A DNA stretch of 63,991 nucleotides, filler included, from Nemertoderma westbladi (taxonomy: Eukaryota; Animalia; Xenacoelomorpha), in NCBI GenBank assembly GCA_032718475.1. It is 5 parts of 5 records of this genome, joined end to end, with 100 filler letters (N's around TTAATTAATTAA, not from the genome) between each part and the next. Parts side by side here need not be neighbours in the genome. Positions count along the whole stretch, not along the records: positions 29,630 to 42,597 come from JAUCBJ010000232.1; positions 42,698 to 58,329 come from JAUCBJ010006515.1; 3 more parts are not named here. One strand, 5' to 3'. Each line of letters starts with the position of its first letter. The first letter of the stretch is position 1. The translations under genes and the position numbers were made by a program. The notes below the pieces were generated by a model. That model had not been told where the DNA came from, searched no databases, and was given only the letters and a program-made list of their open reading frames with translations. Positions 36,001-48,464 of this stretch are shown piece after piece.

Positions 36001-39000
36001 ATCAGAGATCCCATTGAGAGACTGCTCCGTGGAAATCAGAATGGGTTCCGTAAAGGTCGTGGGACCATGGAGCCCATTTTGGCACTTAGAAGGATAATTG
36101 AAGAGTTATCAAAAAAGAAAGACAGGCATCTGGCTGTTATCTTTGTTGACTTATTCAAGGCCTTTGATTCAGTCTCTCGCTCACGTATGTTCAGCATACT
36201 TTCATTATATGGGATTCCTGATGAAATTATTGCAGCAATCAGATCAGTATACGATGGTTCGACAACATTTGTGTCTACTGTTGACGGTGACACAGAACCA
36301 ATTGAAGTATTATGGGGAGTCCTCCAGGGAGACACACTTGCACCATTCATGTTCATAATTGTTGTTGACTATGTTCTACGCATGTCCTTAGATCATCATA
36401 ATGATGATGGGGTGATGATAACTCCACCTACTGGGTCCAGAAGTCGAGGAAATCCTGCCAAGTACCTAACTGATCTAGACTTTGCTGATGACTTATCTCA
36501 GAATCACTAGAGGGAGCCCAACGGCTCCTCAGCTCATTAGAACATGCTGCTTCTTGTGTTGGTCTTTTTATTAACTCCAGAAAGACCAAAATTTTGACAG
36601 TTAACTTTGAAAGTCCTCAGCAAGTCTCTGATCGGATGAGCATAAGCTCAAAAGATGGTATGCTTGAGCATGTGGATGACTTCTGTTACCTGGGATCATG
36701 GATCCGGAAGTCAGGTGAGGACCTTCGAATACGTAAGGGAAAGGCATGGGCAGCCTTGAATAGGCTTTCCAGGATTTGGAAGTCCCCGAGAATTAATCGG
36801 AAACTTAAGGTCCGATTATTTAGAGCAGCAGTAGTTCCAGTACTCCTCTATGGGAGTCCATGCTGGGCTCTAACTGCTGAGGACACCAAATCTCTGGATG
36901 GCACATTCACAAGAATGCTACGCCGGGTTCATTGTGTCAAGTACAATGCTCACATCTCCAACCAGACACTATATAACATTGGAGGTGTCTCATTGGTTCC
37001 CCCAAGCTTGACACCAGAACAAAATCGCCTCCGCTTTGCAGGACATTGCTTTCGCCGTGAGGACCAGCCAGTGCCTAATCTTGTACTTTGGCAGCCTCAT
37101 GGGGCGAATAAGCATGGTGGACAGCCCATGACTTTCTTGAGACGCATCTTAAAGGACACTGGCCTAGAAGATGCGGATGATCTAGCAAATGTCATGGGTG
37201 ATAGGGAGTTGTGGCGGTGCAATTTTGTCGATAAGCCGGCACAGCATTCTTAAAAATGCAGCTGCAATGCAGCATGCCGATCCTAGTAGTAGTAGCTAAC
37301 ATCTAAGTAGTAGATTGAGTGTCCAACATATAAAGGAGTGTTGAATGGCAACTCCAACATATTATTCAACCTCACAAGATATTAATTAATGTCAGGAATG
37401 GGTTGTTTCCTCGATTGGCAGTGTCGCTAATACTTCCCTATTTTTTAGGTCATAGTTCACCCTGCCTACTCTGAAGTTGATCAATCCAATGACATGGCTA
37501 TACTTAAGCTCGCATCACCAGCTACTATCGGCAGATTTGTAGATCTCGCTTGTCTTCCTTCTCAAGTGAACTATGACGGACGTCACTGTGTTACTACGGG
37601 ATGGGGAGAGACATACGGTAATTGGTTCTACTATTATTCTCAAGGTTCTCAAGGCTCTGTTGGGTTAGGAATAAGTTTAAGGATGGGAGGGCTAGAATAA
37701 TGTATGAAGCTATATTAATAAATGAATAGAATGAATAGTTGAAGAAACGGAGTTTAAATAAAAAGTTGCCAGCAATGTAATAGATTATAATATTATATTA
37801 TTCTATTTGGTGCAATAATTCAATTATTTGCTACTACTGTACATACTTTCTATAACTAAATTAACCACCCAGTACCAGTAGATTTACTTTCAAGCTTATT
37901 ACCTTTGGGCCATTTCTGACCCACATACATTTTCATTGTATAATGCCTCAGTTGTTAGATATTACAACCAGGATTAGAATGTCTACATCAACTCGGTCAG
38001 AGACAGGCATAGTCAGGTTGTACCATGTTACTGCAGCAATGTTAGCTGGAATTCTGCATGAGAAGACCCGACCTCACAAAATGTCGACCATGTCCTTATC
38101 AGAACCTCATCAGTCTGCTATTAGTGCATTCGGTGCTCTTGAACACCTTCCAGGGCAGTCACTTGCTTTGGGGATCGGATGTCAACTGAGGCTAGTTTAG
38201 TTGCCTTAGGTTCACCAATGGTTGGGTTTGTGGGGTGGAACGGTTCACCAATGGTTGGGTTTGTTGGGTGGAACGGTTCACCAATGGTTGGGTTTGTTGG
38301 GTGGAACGGTTCACCAATGGTTGGGTTTGTTCGGTGGAACGGTTCACCAATGGTTGGGTTTGTTGGGTGGAACGGTTCACCAATGGTTGGGTTTGTTGGG
38401 TGGAACGGTTCACCAATGGTTGGGTTTGTTGGGTGGAACGGTTCACCAATGGTTGGGTTTGTTGGGTGGAACGGTTCACCAATGGTTGGGTTTGTTCGGT
38501 GGAACGGTTCACCAATGGTTGGGTTTGTTGGGTGGAACGGTTCACCAATGGTTGGGTTTGTTGGGTGGAACGGTTCACCAATGGTTGGGTTTGTTGGGTG
38601 GAACGGTTCACCAATGGTTGGGTTTGTTGGGTGGAACGGTTCACCAATGGTTGGGTTTGTTCGGTGGAACGGTTCACCAATGGTTGGGTTTGTTGGGTGG
38701 AACGGTTCACCAATGGTTGGGTTTGTTCGGTGGAACGGTTCACCAATGGTTGGGTTTGTTGGGTGGAACGGTTCACCAATGGTTGGGTTTGTTGGGTGGA
38801 ACGGTTCACCAATGGTTGGGTTTGTTGGGTGGAACGGTTCACCAATGGTTGGGTTTGTTGGGTGGAACGGTTCACCAATGGTTGGGTTTGTGGGTGGAAC
38901 GGTTCACCAATGGTTGGGTTTGTTGGGTGGAACGGTTCACCAATGGTTGGGTTTGTTGGGTGGAACGATTCACCAATGGTTGGGTTTGTTCGGTGGAACG

Positions 39001-40447
39001 GTTCACCAATGGTTGGGTTTGTGGGGTGGAACGGTTCACCAATGGTTGGGTTTGTGGGTGGAACGGTTCACCAATGGTTGGGTTTGTTGGGTGGAACGGT
39101 TCACCAATGGTTGGGTTTGTTGGGTGGAACGGTTCACCAATGGTTGGGTTTGTTCGGTGGAACGGTTCACCAATGGTTGGGTTTGTTGGGTGGAACGGTT
39201 CACCAATGGTTGGGTTTGTTGGGTGGAACGGTTCACCAATGGTTGGGTTTGTTGGGTGGAACGGTTCACCAATGGTTGGGTTTGTTGGGTGGAACGGTTC
39301 ACCAATGGTTGGGTTTGTTGGGTGGAACGGTTCACCAATGGTTGGGTTTGTTGGGTGGACCGGTTCACCAATGGTTGGGTTTGTTGGGTGTAACGGTTCA
39401 CCAATGGTTGGGTTTGTTGGGTGGAACGGTTCACCAATGGTTGGGTTTGTTGGGTGGAACGGTTCACCAATGGTTGGGTTTGTTGGGTGGAACGGTTCAC
39501 CAATGGTTGGGTTTGTTCGGTGGAACGGTTCACCAATGGTTGGGTTTGTTGGGTGGAACGGTTCACCAATGGTTGGGTTTGTTGGGTGGACCGGTTCACC
39601 AATGGTTGGGTTTGTTGGGAACATCCTAGTACTGGGGATCGGATGTAAACTGAGGCTAGTCTAGTTGCCTCAGGTTCACCAATGGTTGGGTTTGTTGGGT
39701 GGAACGGTTCACCAATGGTTGGGTTTGTTGAGTGGAACATCCTAGTACTGGGGATCGGATATCAACTGAGGCTAGTTTAGTTGCCTCCGGTTCACCAATG
39801 GTTGGGTTTGTTGGGTGGAACGGTTCACCAATGGTTGGGTTTGTTGGGTGGACCGGTTCACCAATGGTTGGGTTTGTTGGGAACATCCTAGTACTGGGGA
39901 TCGGATGTAAACTGAGGCTAGTCTAGTTGCCTCAGGTTCACCAATGGTTGGGTTTGTTGGGTGGAACGGTTCACCAATGGTTGGGTTTGTTGGGTGGACT
40001 GGTTCACCAATGGTTGGGTTTGTTGAGTGGAACATCCTAGTACTGGGGATCGGATGTAAACTGAGGCTAGTCTAGTTGCCTCAGGTTCACCAATGGTTGG
40101 GTTTGTTGGGTGGAACGGGTCACCAATAGATGGGTTTGTTGGGTGGAACATCCTAGTACTAAATATATGGCGTAGTGAACGAAAGTAGTTCTTTCTTGAA
40201 CTGTTTTCTAATTATAGTGAGAAAATGTGGATTATTCAGATATATTAAATTTATATTACATATTTTTTTGACAAAATTTATGCAATTCTATAATCATTCA
40301 GGTCCCCAAGACAAAACACTTTTGCAGCAAGTAGTAGTGCCAATAATTGCCCAGGCAACTTGTAATGATGCTGACCATTACTATGGTGGGATAGATGATA
40401 CTATGGTGTGTGCCGGCTATGATGCTGGGGGAATGGATTCTTGCCAG
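30035..40447 (+). CDS. Secreted trypsin-like serine protease (S1A), partial; exons 30035-30113, 30625-30817, 34181-34259, 37449-37617, 40302-40447
   Basis: Hydrophobic leader [18 protein letters not shown]|[41 protein letters not shown] (Asp189-type). All introns GT-AG and in phase. GDSGGP exon not found before the gap. Confidence 0.92.
31135..31225. repeat. Degenerate (TGTC)n microsatellite
   Basis: Visible tetranucleotide run. Confidence 0.75.
31226..32520. repeat. 28-bp minisatellite (CATCTACTCCCCAATGGTGGCTGYACMA) with higher-order structure
   Basis: Period 28; the variant block TATACTCCCAAAGCCCAATGGT recurs at about 31396, 31696 and 32051. Confidence 0.93.
33259..33770 (-). mobile_element. 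Solo LTR related to family Y, inserted in an RTE-A remnant (about 33130-33850)
   Basis: TGTGACGGGATCCAC is the reverse complement of the family Y LTR end; CCAATGGG motif shared; flanked by (A)TTGT on both sides; flanks match the RTE-A 3' region. Confidence 0.6.
34833..37294 (+). mobile_element. 5'-truncated RTE-like LINE (family A) in protease intron 3
   Basis: End of the AP-endonuclease domain (DHIL, SDH), RT (QGD, FADD); one stop at 35524 and a frameshift near 36495; (TAG)n tail; 11-bp TSD GCTAACATCTA at 34822-34832 and 37295-37305. Confidence 0.95.
38169..40160. repeat. 33-bp minisatellite (GGTTCACCAATGGTTGGGTTTGTTGGGTGGAAC) with a recurring ~50-bp interrupting unit
   Basis: About 43 uninterrupted copies, then blocks of 2-3 copies separated by ATCCTAGTACTGGGGATCGGATGTAAACTGAGGCTAGTCTAGTTGCCTCA. 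Confidence 0.95.
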
Positions 40448-40451
40448 GTAT

Positions 40452-41076
40452 GTAACACGTTCGTGGGGACTTCGCGCAGCACGTAGTCGGCAAGCCTTGG
40501 CATACGGTTCATATAGAGCAAATGGGGCATGTCTAGTTTGGACCCAATATCCCATGCTATAAATGTATTCATTCGATATACAATCATATGTTAATCCGCT
40601 AGGTGGTGTCAAATTGTTATTCTGCAATTTCGTACTTACCAGTGCAGCACTGTACTGCAGTACCGTACCGGTAGGCCTATGTCATTACTTCTGAGTCTCT
40701 AGCGGATCCCCAATTAAATGTCTTAACTTTTCAATTTCGTAAAAGATAGACTTCATGATTCTCTACAGGCCACCAAAATTTCAGCTCAGGAAAATGAGGC
40801 CTTCCCGAGAAATTTAACATTTTCTAAAAACTACATAATCTGTCGTAGCTGACGTCAGACTGCATGATTTTTCACCAAACTTTACAAACTTTCTAAACTT
40901 TCTCTCTACTACTTACCTACTAAGTTTGGTTCAATTCCGAACCAGCGATGCAGAGAAATTCGCGTTCAAACATTTACCAGACAGACAGACGGACGGACAG
41001 ACAGACAGACGGACATGCCCCATTTGCCCTATATGAACCGTATGCCAAGGCTCGCCGACTACGTGTCTCGCCCCAC
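40452..41076 (-). mobile_element. Helentron-associated (HINE/DINE-1-like) non-autonomous element, copy 1
   Basis: ~54-bp subterminal inverted repeats (CACGTAGTCGGC...GGGGCATGTC), a (GTCY)n microsatellite next to one IR, and a GC-rich end. Confidence 0.65.
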
Positions 41077-41188
41077 ATTCATATAATGTAGTACCGATTT
41101 GATTGGTCATTCCAATTAGATTATCATAAATGTACCGGTACATTAACTTTGTTTGAAATTCCCTATGTAAATACATGTAGCCACGACA

Positions 41189-41813
41189 GTAACACGTTCG
41201 TGGGGACTTCGCGCAGCACGTAGTCGGCAAGCCTTGGCATACGGTTCATATAGAGCAAATGGGGCATGTCTAGTTTGGACCCCATATCCCATGCTATAAA
41301 TGTATTCATTCGATATACAATCATATGTTAATCCGCTAGGTGGTGTCAAATTGTTATTCTGCAATTTCGTACTTACCAGTGCAGCACTGTACAGCAGTAC
41401 CGTACCGGTAGGCCTATGTCATTACTTCTGAGTCTCTAGCGGATCCCCAATTAAATGTCTTAACTTTTCAATTTCGTAAAAGATAGACTTCATGATTCTC
41501 TACAGGCCACCAAAATTTCAGCTCAGGAAAATGAGGCCTTCCCGAGAAATTTAACATTTTCTAAAAACCACATAATCTGTCGTAGCTGACGTCAGACTGC
41601 ATGATTTTTCACCAAACTTTACAAACTTTCTAAACTTTCTCTCTACTACTTACCTACTAAGTTTGGTTCAATTCCGAACGAGCGATGCCGAGAAATTCGC
41701 GTTCAAACATTTACCAGACAGACGGACGGACGGACAGACAGACAGACGGACATGCCCCATTTGCCCTATATGAACCGTATGCAAAGGCTCGCCGACTACG
41801 TGTCTCGCCCCAC
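41189..41813 (-). mobile_element. HINE/DINE-1-like element, copy 2 (tandem, offset 737 bp)
   Basis: Near-identical to 40452-41076. A related end motif (CGTGCTGCGCGAAGGCCCCACGAACGTGTT) occurs at about 43643-43672. Confidence 0.65.
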
Positions 41814-41829
41814 ACCCCCCCCCCCCCCC

Positions 41830-42597
41830 CCCGGACAGTACCCCCCTGGACAGTACCCCCCCCCCCCCCCCCCCCCCGAACAATACCCCCACCCCCCGGA
41901 CAATAGCCCCTCGGACAGTAGCCCCCCGGACAATAGCTCCCGGACAGTTCCCCCTGGAGAGTAGCCACCGAACAGCCACCCGAACAGTAACCACCGAACA
42001 GTAGCCACCCGGACATTAACCTCCCGGGCAGTAGTCCCCCGGACAATAGCCCCCCTGGACAGTAGCCCCCGGACAGTACCCCTCGGAGAGTAGCCACCCG
42101 AACAGTAGCCGCACAAACAGTAGCCCCCCGAACAGTAGCCCCCGAAGAGTAGCCACCCGAACAGTATCCACCCGCCGGACATTAACCCCCACCCCCGGGC
42201 AGTAGCCCCCTGGACAATAGCCCCCCTGACAGTAGCCTCCAGACAGTACCCCCGGACAATAGCCCCCCGTACAGTAGCCCCCGGACAGTAGCCCCTGGAC
42301 AGTACCTCTCAGAGAGTAACCGCCCGAACAGTAGCCACCCCAACAATAGCCTCCCGGACAGTAGCCCCGGAGAGTAGCCACCCGAACAGTAGCTCCCTGA
42401 CAGTACCCCCCGAACAGTAGCCCCCGAACAGTAGCCCCCGGACAATAGCCCCCAGACAATAGCCCCCTAGACAATAGCCCCCCGTACAGTAGCCCCCGTA
42501 CAGTAGCCCCCGGACAGTAGCCCCCAGACTGTACCTCCCAGAGAGTAACCACCCGAACAGTAGCCACCCAAACAGTAGCCCCCCGGACAGTAGCCCC
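41830..42597. repeat. Degenerate C-rich minisatellite (GGACAGTAGCCCCCC-like, ~16-17 bp)
   Basis: Visible variant repeats up to the gap. Confidence 0.9.
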
Positions 42598-42697
42598 NNN
42601 NNNNNNNNNNNNNNNNNNNNNNNNNNNNNNNNNNNNNNNNNTTAATTAATTAANNNNNNNNNNNNNNNNNNNNNNNNNNNNNNNNNNNNNNNNNNNN
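42598..42697. other. Artificial contig linker
   Basis: N44-TTAATTAATTAA-N44. Confidence 0.97.
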
Positions 42698-44659
42698 TAA
42701 GTTGATTACGGTGAAAACACCATTTTCAACCTGCCTTTTAAAGGAAATTAATTGTTTTACAGTATAAGATTTAAATAATTATAATTAAAAATTATACAGA
42801 TGTAATCCACATACGCCATTCTATTATAGTTTTTAATTAGTTCAAGTGATTTGCTTTAATAATTGTGTCTTTAATTGATCTAAAGTAATTAAAACGGCAT
42901 AAAAAATGGATTCTCATTAAATACTGATCATTTATTGGCCAACTTGCAAGTTGGCTGGTACATAGATGGGGGATGTGTGTGTAAGGGAGCCAGTTGCTGG
43001 GAATGCCAGTGGAGGGGTTTGTATGTAACTAGCCACACGGCTGCCAGCTAGACCTAACGAGATTGAAACCTGCATTCCCTACCTCCTATTACACTATAGA
43101 GTCTGTGTTCTTTAGTCTCAGGTAATAGACAGATCTCATTTAATGATTGTCAGTCAATAAGATTACCACTGCAGAAGGCTTATATCCAAAATTGTTTATT
43201 TCTCAAAATATTATGCTTATTATTTTTTGATGGGATTTCTGTGTATTTTAATTGTCTAAGTTTTCAGAGGCATTAACAGTATATTAAATAAATTATTTGA
43301 ATATCATTCATTACTGCATCGACTGTATTTAGTACTGCGTAGATTATATTCCTATAAACCACCTGGCTTCGCATATTGAACGTGCGATTGGAAATAAGTT
43401 CGTGCTACCTTCCGTGGGTGGTAGATGTCGCGGTTATGTATTGGTGGGTGGGAAGGGTGGGGGGGGGGGGTGGGGTGGGGTGGGGTGGGGGTGCAGATTT
43501 AAAGGGCTGAACACGTACTGTCCCTCTTTTTTTGATTGATTGGCGGTGTGGTTAAATTTCTAAATTTTACTAATTTATAAAGTTAAATACTGATTTTGTG
43601 ATACAGTCGCTCGATATTAATTTGTATCTCATAACTGGGCCTCGTGCTGCGCGAAGGCCCCACGAACGTGTTGTTTAGTGCAGCTGAGAACTCATGCATT
43701 TATGACATATAAACCTCTGGTATGACACAATAAACGGGATTGCGCTAGTGTACCTGTCAACAAGGGCCGCTTACTGTATCGGTTGTAGCTTGCCTCCTGC
43801 CTTCCTCTCATAAGTTGGTTTATTACAGTATTTGATTATCTATTGTATTTGACTGAGATACGATACCGGGAGGATGTGACAAAACAATATAACAAGCAAA
43901 TGACTGACTAATTAATTCTGTAAGAACTCAAGTGAGGTAATTTGTCTTTCTCTTTAGGAGAAACGTTTAGTCCTTCTGTACGATTATACAAATATTTCTA
44001 TCGTAATTAATTTATGACAGACAACTCTCAATCGTGGTATAAATAATAATAAGAGCCTTTCTTATATTAATGGTCTGGTATATCGCCATATATTAATTAT
44101 TTAGTAAGTCAGAGATAGAACAACACACTTCTATTACAATTGTCCTGATTACCACTGATACTTAATTGCATAGACCCACCGTATAATTGGTGCATGTAAA
44201 ATCTCCTTGATTACGTAATATCGGCGGTATAATCAGCGATGAGAGAACAAATTATATTCAACGACAGAATAGATTACAAGTACAAATTATAATTTAATTA
44301 ACTTTACAAGACTGACATTAATCGTACATAACAACATTAATCGTACATATCAACATGTAATAAATTACCTCTGGCTACAACTTAACCAGGGGTATAATTC
44401 GTCTGCATGAGAGGAATCTCTGCAGAACACTAAAACATGTGACGAATCAACAGGCAACACAACATTATATACCTCAGGGGAATCAATATAATGTTATAAG
44501 CCAATAAGAGATCACTTGCTAGTTTGACATTCTACACAGCAATAAGTTCAATACAGTCATGATAGCACTAGATGGCGTAAGAACTCTTTCACTGGGAAAT
44601 AATCTTATTAAATTATTGAAACAACACCATAACTGATAAAAATACAGTTATCTAGATAA

Positions 44660-45045
44660 ATTGGTAAAATAAGTAATTTTAAAGGCAGGATTTATGCCTG
44701 CAGCAACATAACGTATTACGCTGTTCCAACAGATCATCTATTCCGAAACGTTTAAATATAATTCAAAATGGTACAAATTTATCAGTTAGTAGTTCATCCG
44801 AAATAGCTGACCAATTTAATGACTTTTTTTTTCTAATATTGGTTCATCCCTTGCATCGCAATTACCTACTTCATCTCGTTGCCCTACCCGTCATATTTAT
44901 AAAACTAGTCCTAGTAGCTTTATTATTACAGAAACAAGTAATGTTGAACTGCACTACCATATTCTTAAACTTAACGACAGTGTATCATCATATTATCAAT
45001 TCCCTGTCCACCTGGTTAAACTAGCTGCGCCTATAATTTGCTCAA
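44660..45045 (+). mobile_element. Decayed CR1/L2-group LINE ORF2 remnant
   Basis: Encodes EIADQFNDFF(fs)SNIGSSLASQLP, typical of the EN-RT linker of CR1/L2-group elements. Confidence 0.5.
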
Positions 45046-45789
45046 CACCACTCTGATGCCACTCCAGTATTGCCACAGTTCACCCAACCGATTTAAGTTT
45101 TTTTAAGATATTCCTGCACTTATCACTTTTTGCCCTGCCAAACATTCCTCCTTGTATGTGAGTGGGCCAAGGCAACACTAGCTCTGCTATAGCGGCAGCC
45201 CACCCACACTCCAAAGTACCCAGCAGATTCTGTGGTATTGATTAGTTTGTTGTTTTTTATTTTGAGGAAATAAATAAATAAATAAAATAAATAAATAAAT
45301 AAACACTATACAAACAACTTGCTTTAGCTTCCAATAAATAACCAATACCTTAGCCGGTGATCTAATACCATATACAAGTCTTTGCCTATAACCATTGCCT
45401 ACTATATATACGGCCTAACAAGCTACTGCAGTCTCTTTAAAAAAAGAGGCCATTCATTTCAACAGTACAGTGCAGCAGTAGCCTATTGAGGTGGCAGTCG
45501 CTGTACTGCAGTTTGCAGTTGGCTTACACTGGTCTGTTCGTACACTGGTCTGGGTAGATTGTTACTGTGATAGGCCTATACTACTGCAGCTGCTAAGCTA
45601 CAGTGCTATGCTGCTATGCCTTGTCGGATTGCCGGGCCGGATGCATATGCTTAATGCTGAACTATGAACTAGTATTGTTACTGCACCGCAACTGTAATGC
45701 ACTCATAAACCTTTTGTTGAGTGTGTTCTAAATGCTGAACTGGGCCTATACTGCTCTACCTATAGGTACTGTCAACTGTATTATTCAAC

Positions 45790-46424
45790 ATGATGTTTAT
45801 CTCCGGATGGCACATAGTCTAACATATCAGGTTCTTCATCACGGTAATAATAAACAGTCTGTTTCACTGGCCTTGGGAATCTTTGACGAAAAGACAACGG
45901 TGGTAATGGAAAGATATTTCCCCAATCGAAACGTGGCTACTGAACTTTTGCGACTCATTCATGGGTGATTAATAATTCGAAGCAGCGATGTCACCCAAAT
46001 AATATATTGGGAAACGCCGCTATAATGGGCGACCTCAAACCGCAGTTTCTCCATGATTTGGCTCCCTGGATCGATAAATGGCGATTACAATGTGTAAAGT
46101 GGAAGGGTTTGACACCTCAAACCAGTAAAGCATTCGCACAATCTTGCCGGAGCGTTGCCGACTTGACTGATGAACCTCCTAAATGATGGATATGATTATG
46201 TTCTATTTCAAAGGATATGATTATGTTATATTTCGAAGAAACAATCAAGACCCAGTCGAGTTAAGGTTCTCCAAATATCGGCAAATGAGTGGTGGACGAT
46301 TTCTTGTCTCACTCAGGGAAGTGAAGACTTCCGAACGTATTATTTCTCTGTTGACATTATTAGAGGAAGGTATAGATCTGTAGATCCCATCAACCAAATT
46401 ATCTAGGCAGAACCCATTGACTGG
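45790..46424 (+). pseudogene. P-element-like transposase fragments (frameshifted)
   Basis: HGNNKQSVSLALGIF, INNSK...LGNA, LTPQT, QDPVELRFSKYRQMSGGRFLVSLREV; continues after the insertions as HYIAGF...CEDC...NRGGLKKPS and NVYFNNAQ...FKQRQR. Confidence 0.8.
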
Positions 46425-48464
46425 CAGTATGGTGAAATGCCCAGATTGGGAAAGTGAATTTATGCCCAATGAGGCAAATATGGTTTGACACTATTGCCCA
46501 ATGTGGAAATATTTACTTGCCTGATTCAGATAGTTTAACTTCAGGTACCGGAATGAACCCAGAACATTATAGATATAGTCAAGTCATAGGTACCGGTACT
46601 CAGTTCATGTAGGCCATTACACCTACGGTATTTTAACAATATTTAATAGCCTAATTTGTAATAAGATAAATCACCAAGTCATAATAAATCTAAGAAAGTT
46701 TGTATTTTTGTTCATCGGCCTCTAGAAGAAATTATTGGTTTGAACTTAAACAATATATTTATTATACTGTGTTAAATAATATTAATTATGGCTTCAACTA
46801 GCAAGTTTCAGTGTTGTAAAGTCATTACTCATCGAATAATACAAGGAAAGGCATCTAAAGATAAAGATATTGCTTGGCCTCGCTATTATCTATTCAAGAA
46901 AACGAATAAAAAAATGAAGAAAGGTGTTATAGAGTACATGATTGACAATCGTCTAATAACAAAGTATGGTCAACGAATTTGTTCAACATGTCGATTATTT
47001 TTACTCATTGAAGTTAAAAACCTTTCATGATACCCTGATGTCAATCCTATTAATCCTGGCATGGTTTCATCTGAATCTAGCAGTGGCGATGTGCCGAGTT
47101 GCTCTCAAACTACGGAGTTGCCAACAAGTACCGGTAGTGGCACAAGTAAAAATGTTGATAAAGGCACAGTTGAATTTTTTGCATCTTTAATAAAAAACGA
47201 ACTAAAAACTTTTTCTGCAACCCAAAATACTGCGGCATTTATTGAAGATCTGCACTCCATCGATTACGAAAATTACATGCCCGATGGTATCGTGCGCACA
47301 TTATTATTAGAACTCTTCGACACCAAGGATAAGCCGAAGAACTTGTACCTGGCAAATAAAGTATTTGAATTTTTGATGTTGCCGCAGGATGCCAAGTATA
47401 TTGGGAAAATTCACACCTGGGAACAGTTAGTCATGTACACCATGGATAACTCGAAATGTAGCTGCATTCTTCGCGCTTCAGGTTCTCCAGCACCATCATA
47501 CCGAAAAACGATTGATATATGGAATAACTCAACCACTGAAGCGTTAGACTTATTTTCTACTAACCATGACTTATCAGTCGCAGTCGATAATAATCAAAAA
47601 ATAGGGCGCACCTGGAATGTTTTTCAGAAGGGGGTGCAGATAAGTAAGGTTACTTCTGTTATAAGCATTTATACTCCTTCAACTGAGAACATACAATTTA
47701 GCAACATTACTTATGCAGACCTTGGGGCAGATTCAGGTAAGAGTGATTGGTTGAAATTTACTGAAAATAATGACTCTATATTTAGAAATGTTCAACAAGA
47801 ATTTGTACGGTCGGAGATTGCAACGCTTCTTGGTGAGACCGATGCAAGTTCGTTTAAAAATGGCAGTTACAGCAAACTTCACAGGTCTACAACTAAACCA
47901 TTGGTGGATTTCGAGATAAATATCCATAAACCTTTATATTTCGATCCTGGAAGCTATTCTACTGTAGAATTGATGATTGATCATATATTAGTAGAAACAA
48001 ACATTACAACTGAATTAGAGACTCAACACCGAAGGCATGTTAATTTAGAAATGGATGGAAGTCCCTTTGGTTTGGTCTTAAGTCTAATGCACGAGCAACA
48101 TTCTGAATGGAGTGACTACCTCCTATTAATGCCTGGCCTTGGTCACATTGAGCATAACATGTTAAAAAGCGTTGGAAACTTTGGTTGGAATATCGTATTC
48201 CAACACTTTGCACTAACAAATGGCTTCACAAGTGATAAAGCATTGCTATTTTTTAAATCAATGAATGATCACCACAAGAGCTATGAGCCTCTAGATATAA
48301 TTTTGCATGGACTAGCTTGCGAGTTATTACGCCCATTTATTAATGATGAATTAGCTAAAGATAATAACTATACACTTGAAGCTTTAAACAAATTTCTTTC
48401 AGTGTCAAAGGATATGACATACAAATGTTTATTTAGTTTCACTTTCACTGTCCTATCAATAAAG

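Noticed and set aside
38179-39740. Long repetitive ORFs ([11 protein letters not shown])n and similar
   Set aside because: By-products of a 33-bp repeat lacking stops; open in many frames and located in an intron.
39600-40160. CRISPR-like repeat/spacer pattern
   Set aside because: The interrupting units are near-identical rather than unique spacers; no cas genes; eukaryotic intron.
41668-42567. Gly- or Pro-rich ORFs resembling structural proteins
   Set aside because: Translations of a C-rich degenerate minisatellite and homopolymer runs.
44195-44540. Possible additional solo LTR
   Set aside because: TG...CA-like ends and a TATA-like motif, but no TSD and no second copy.
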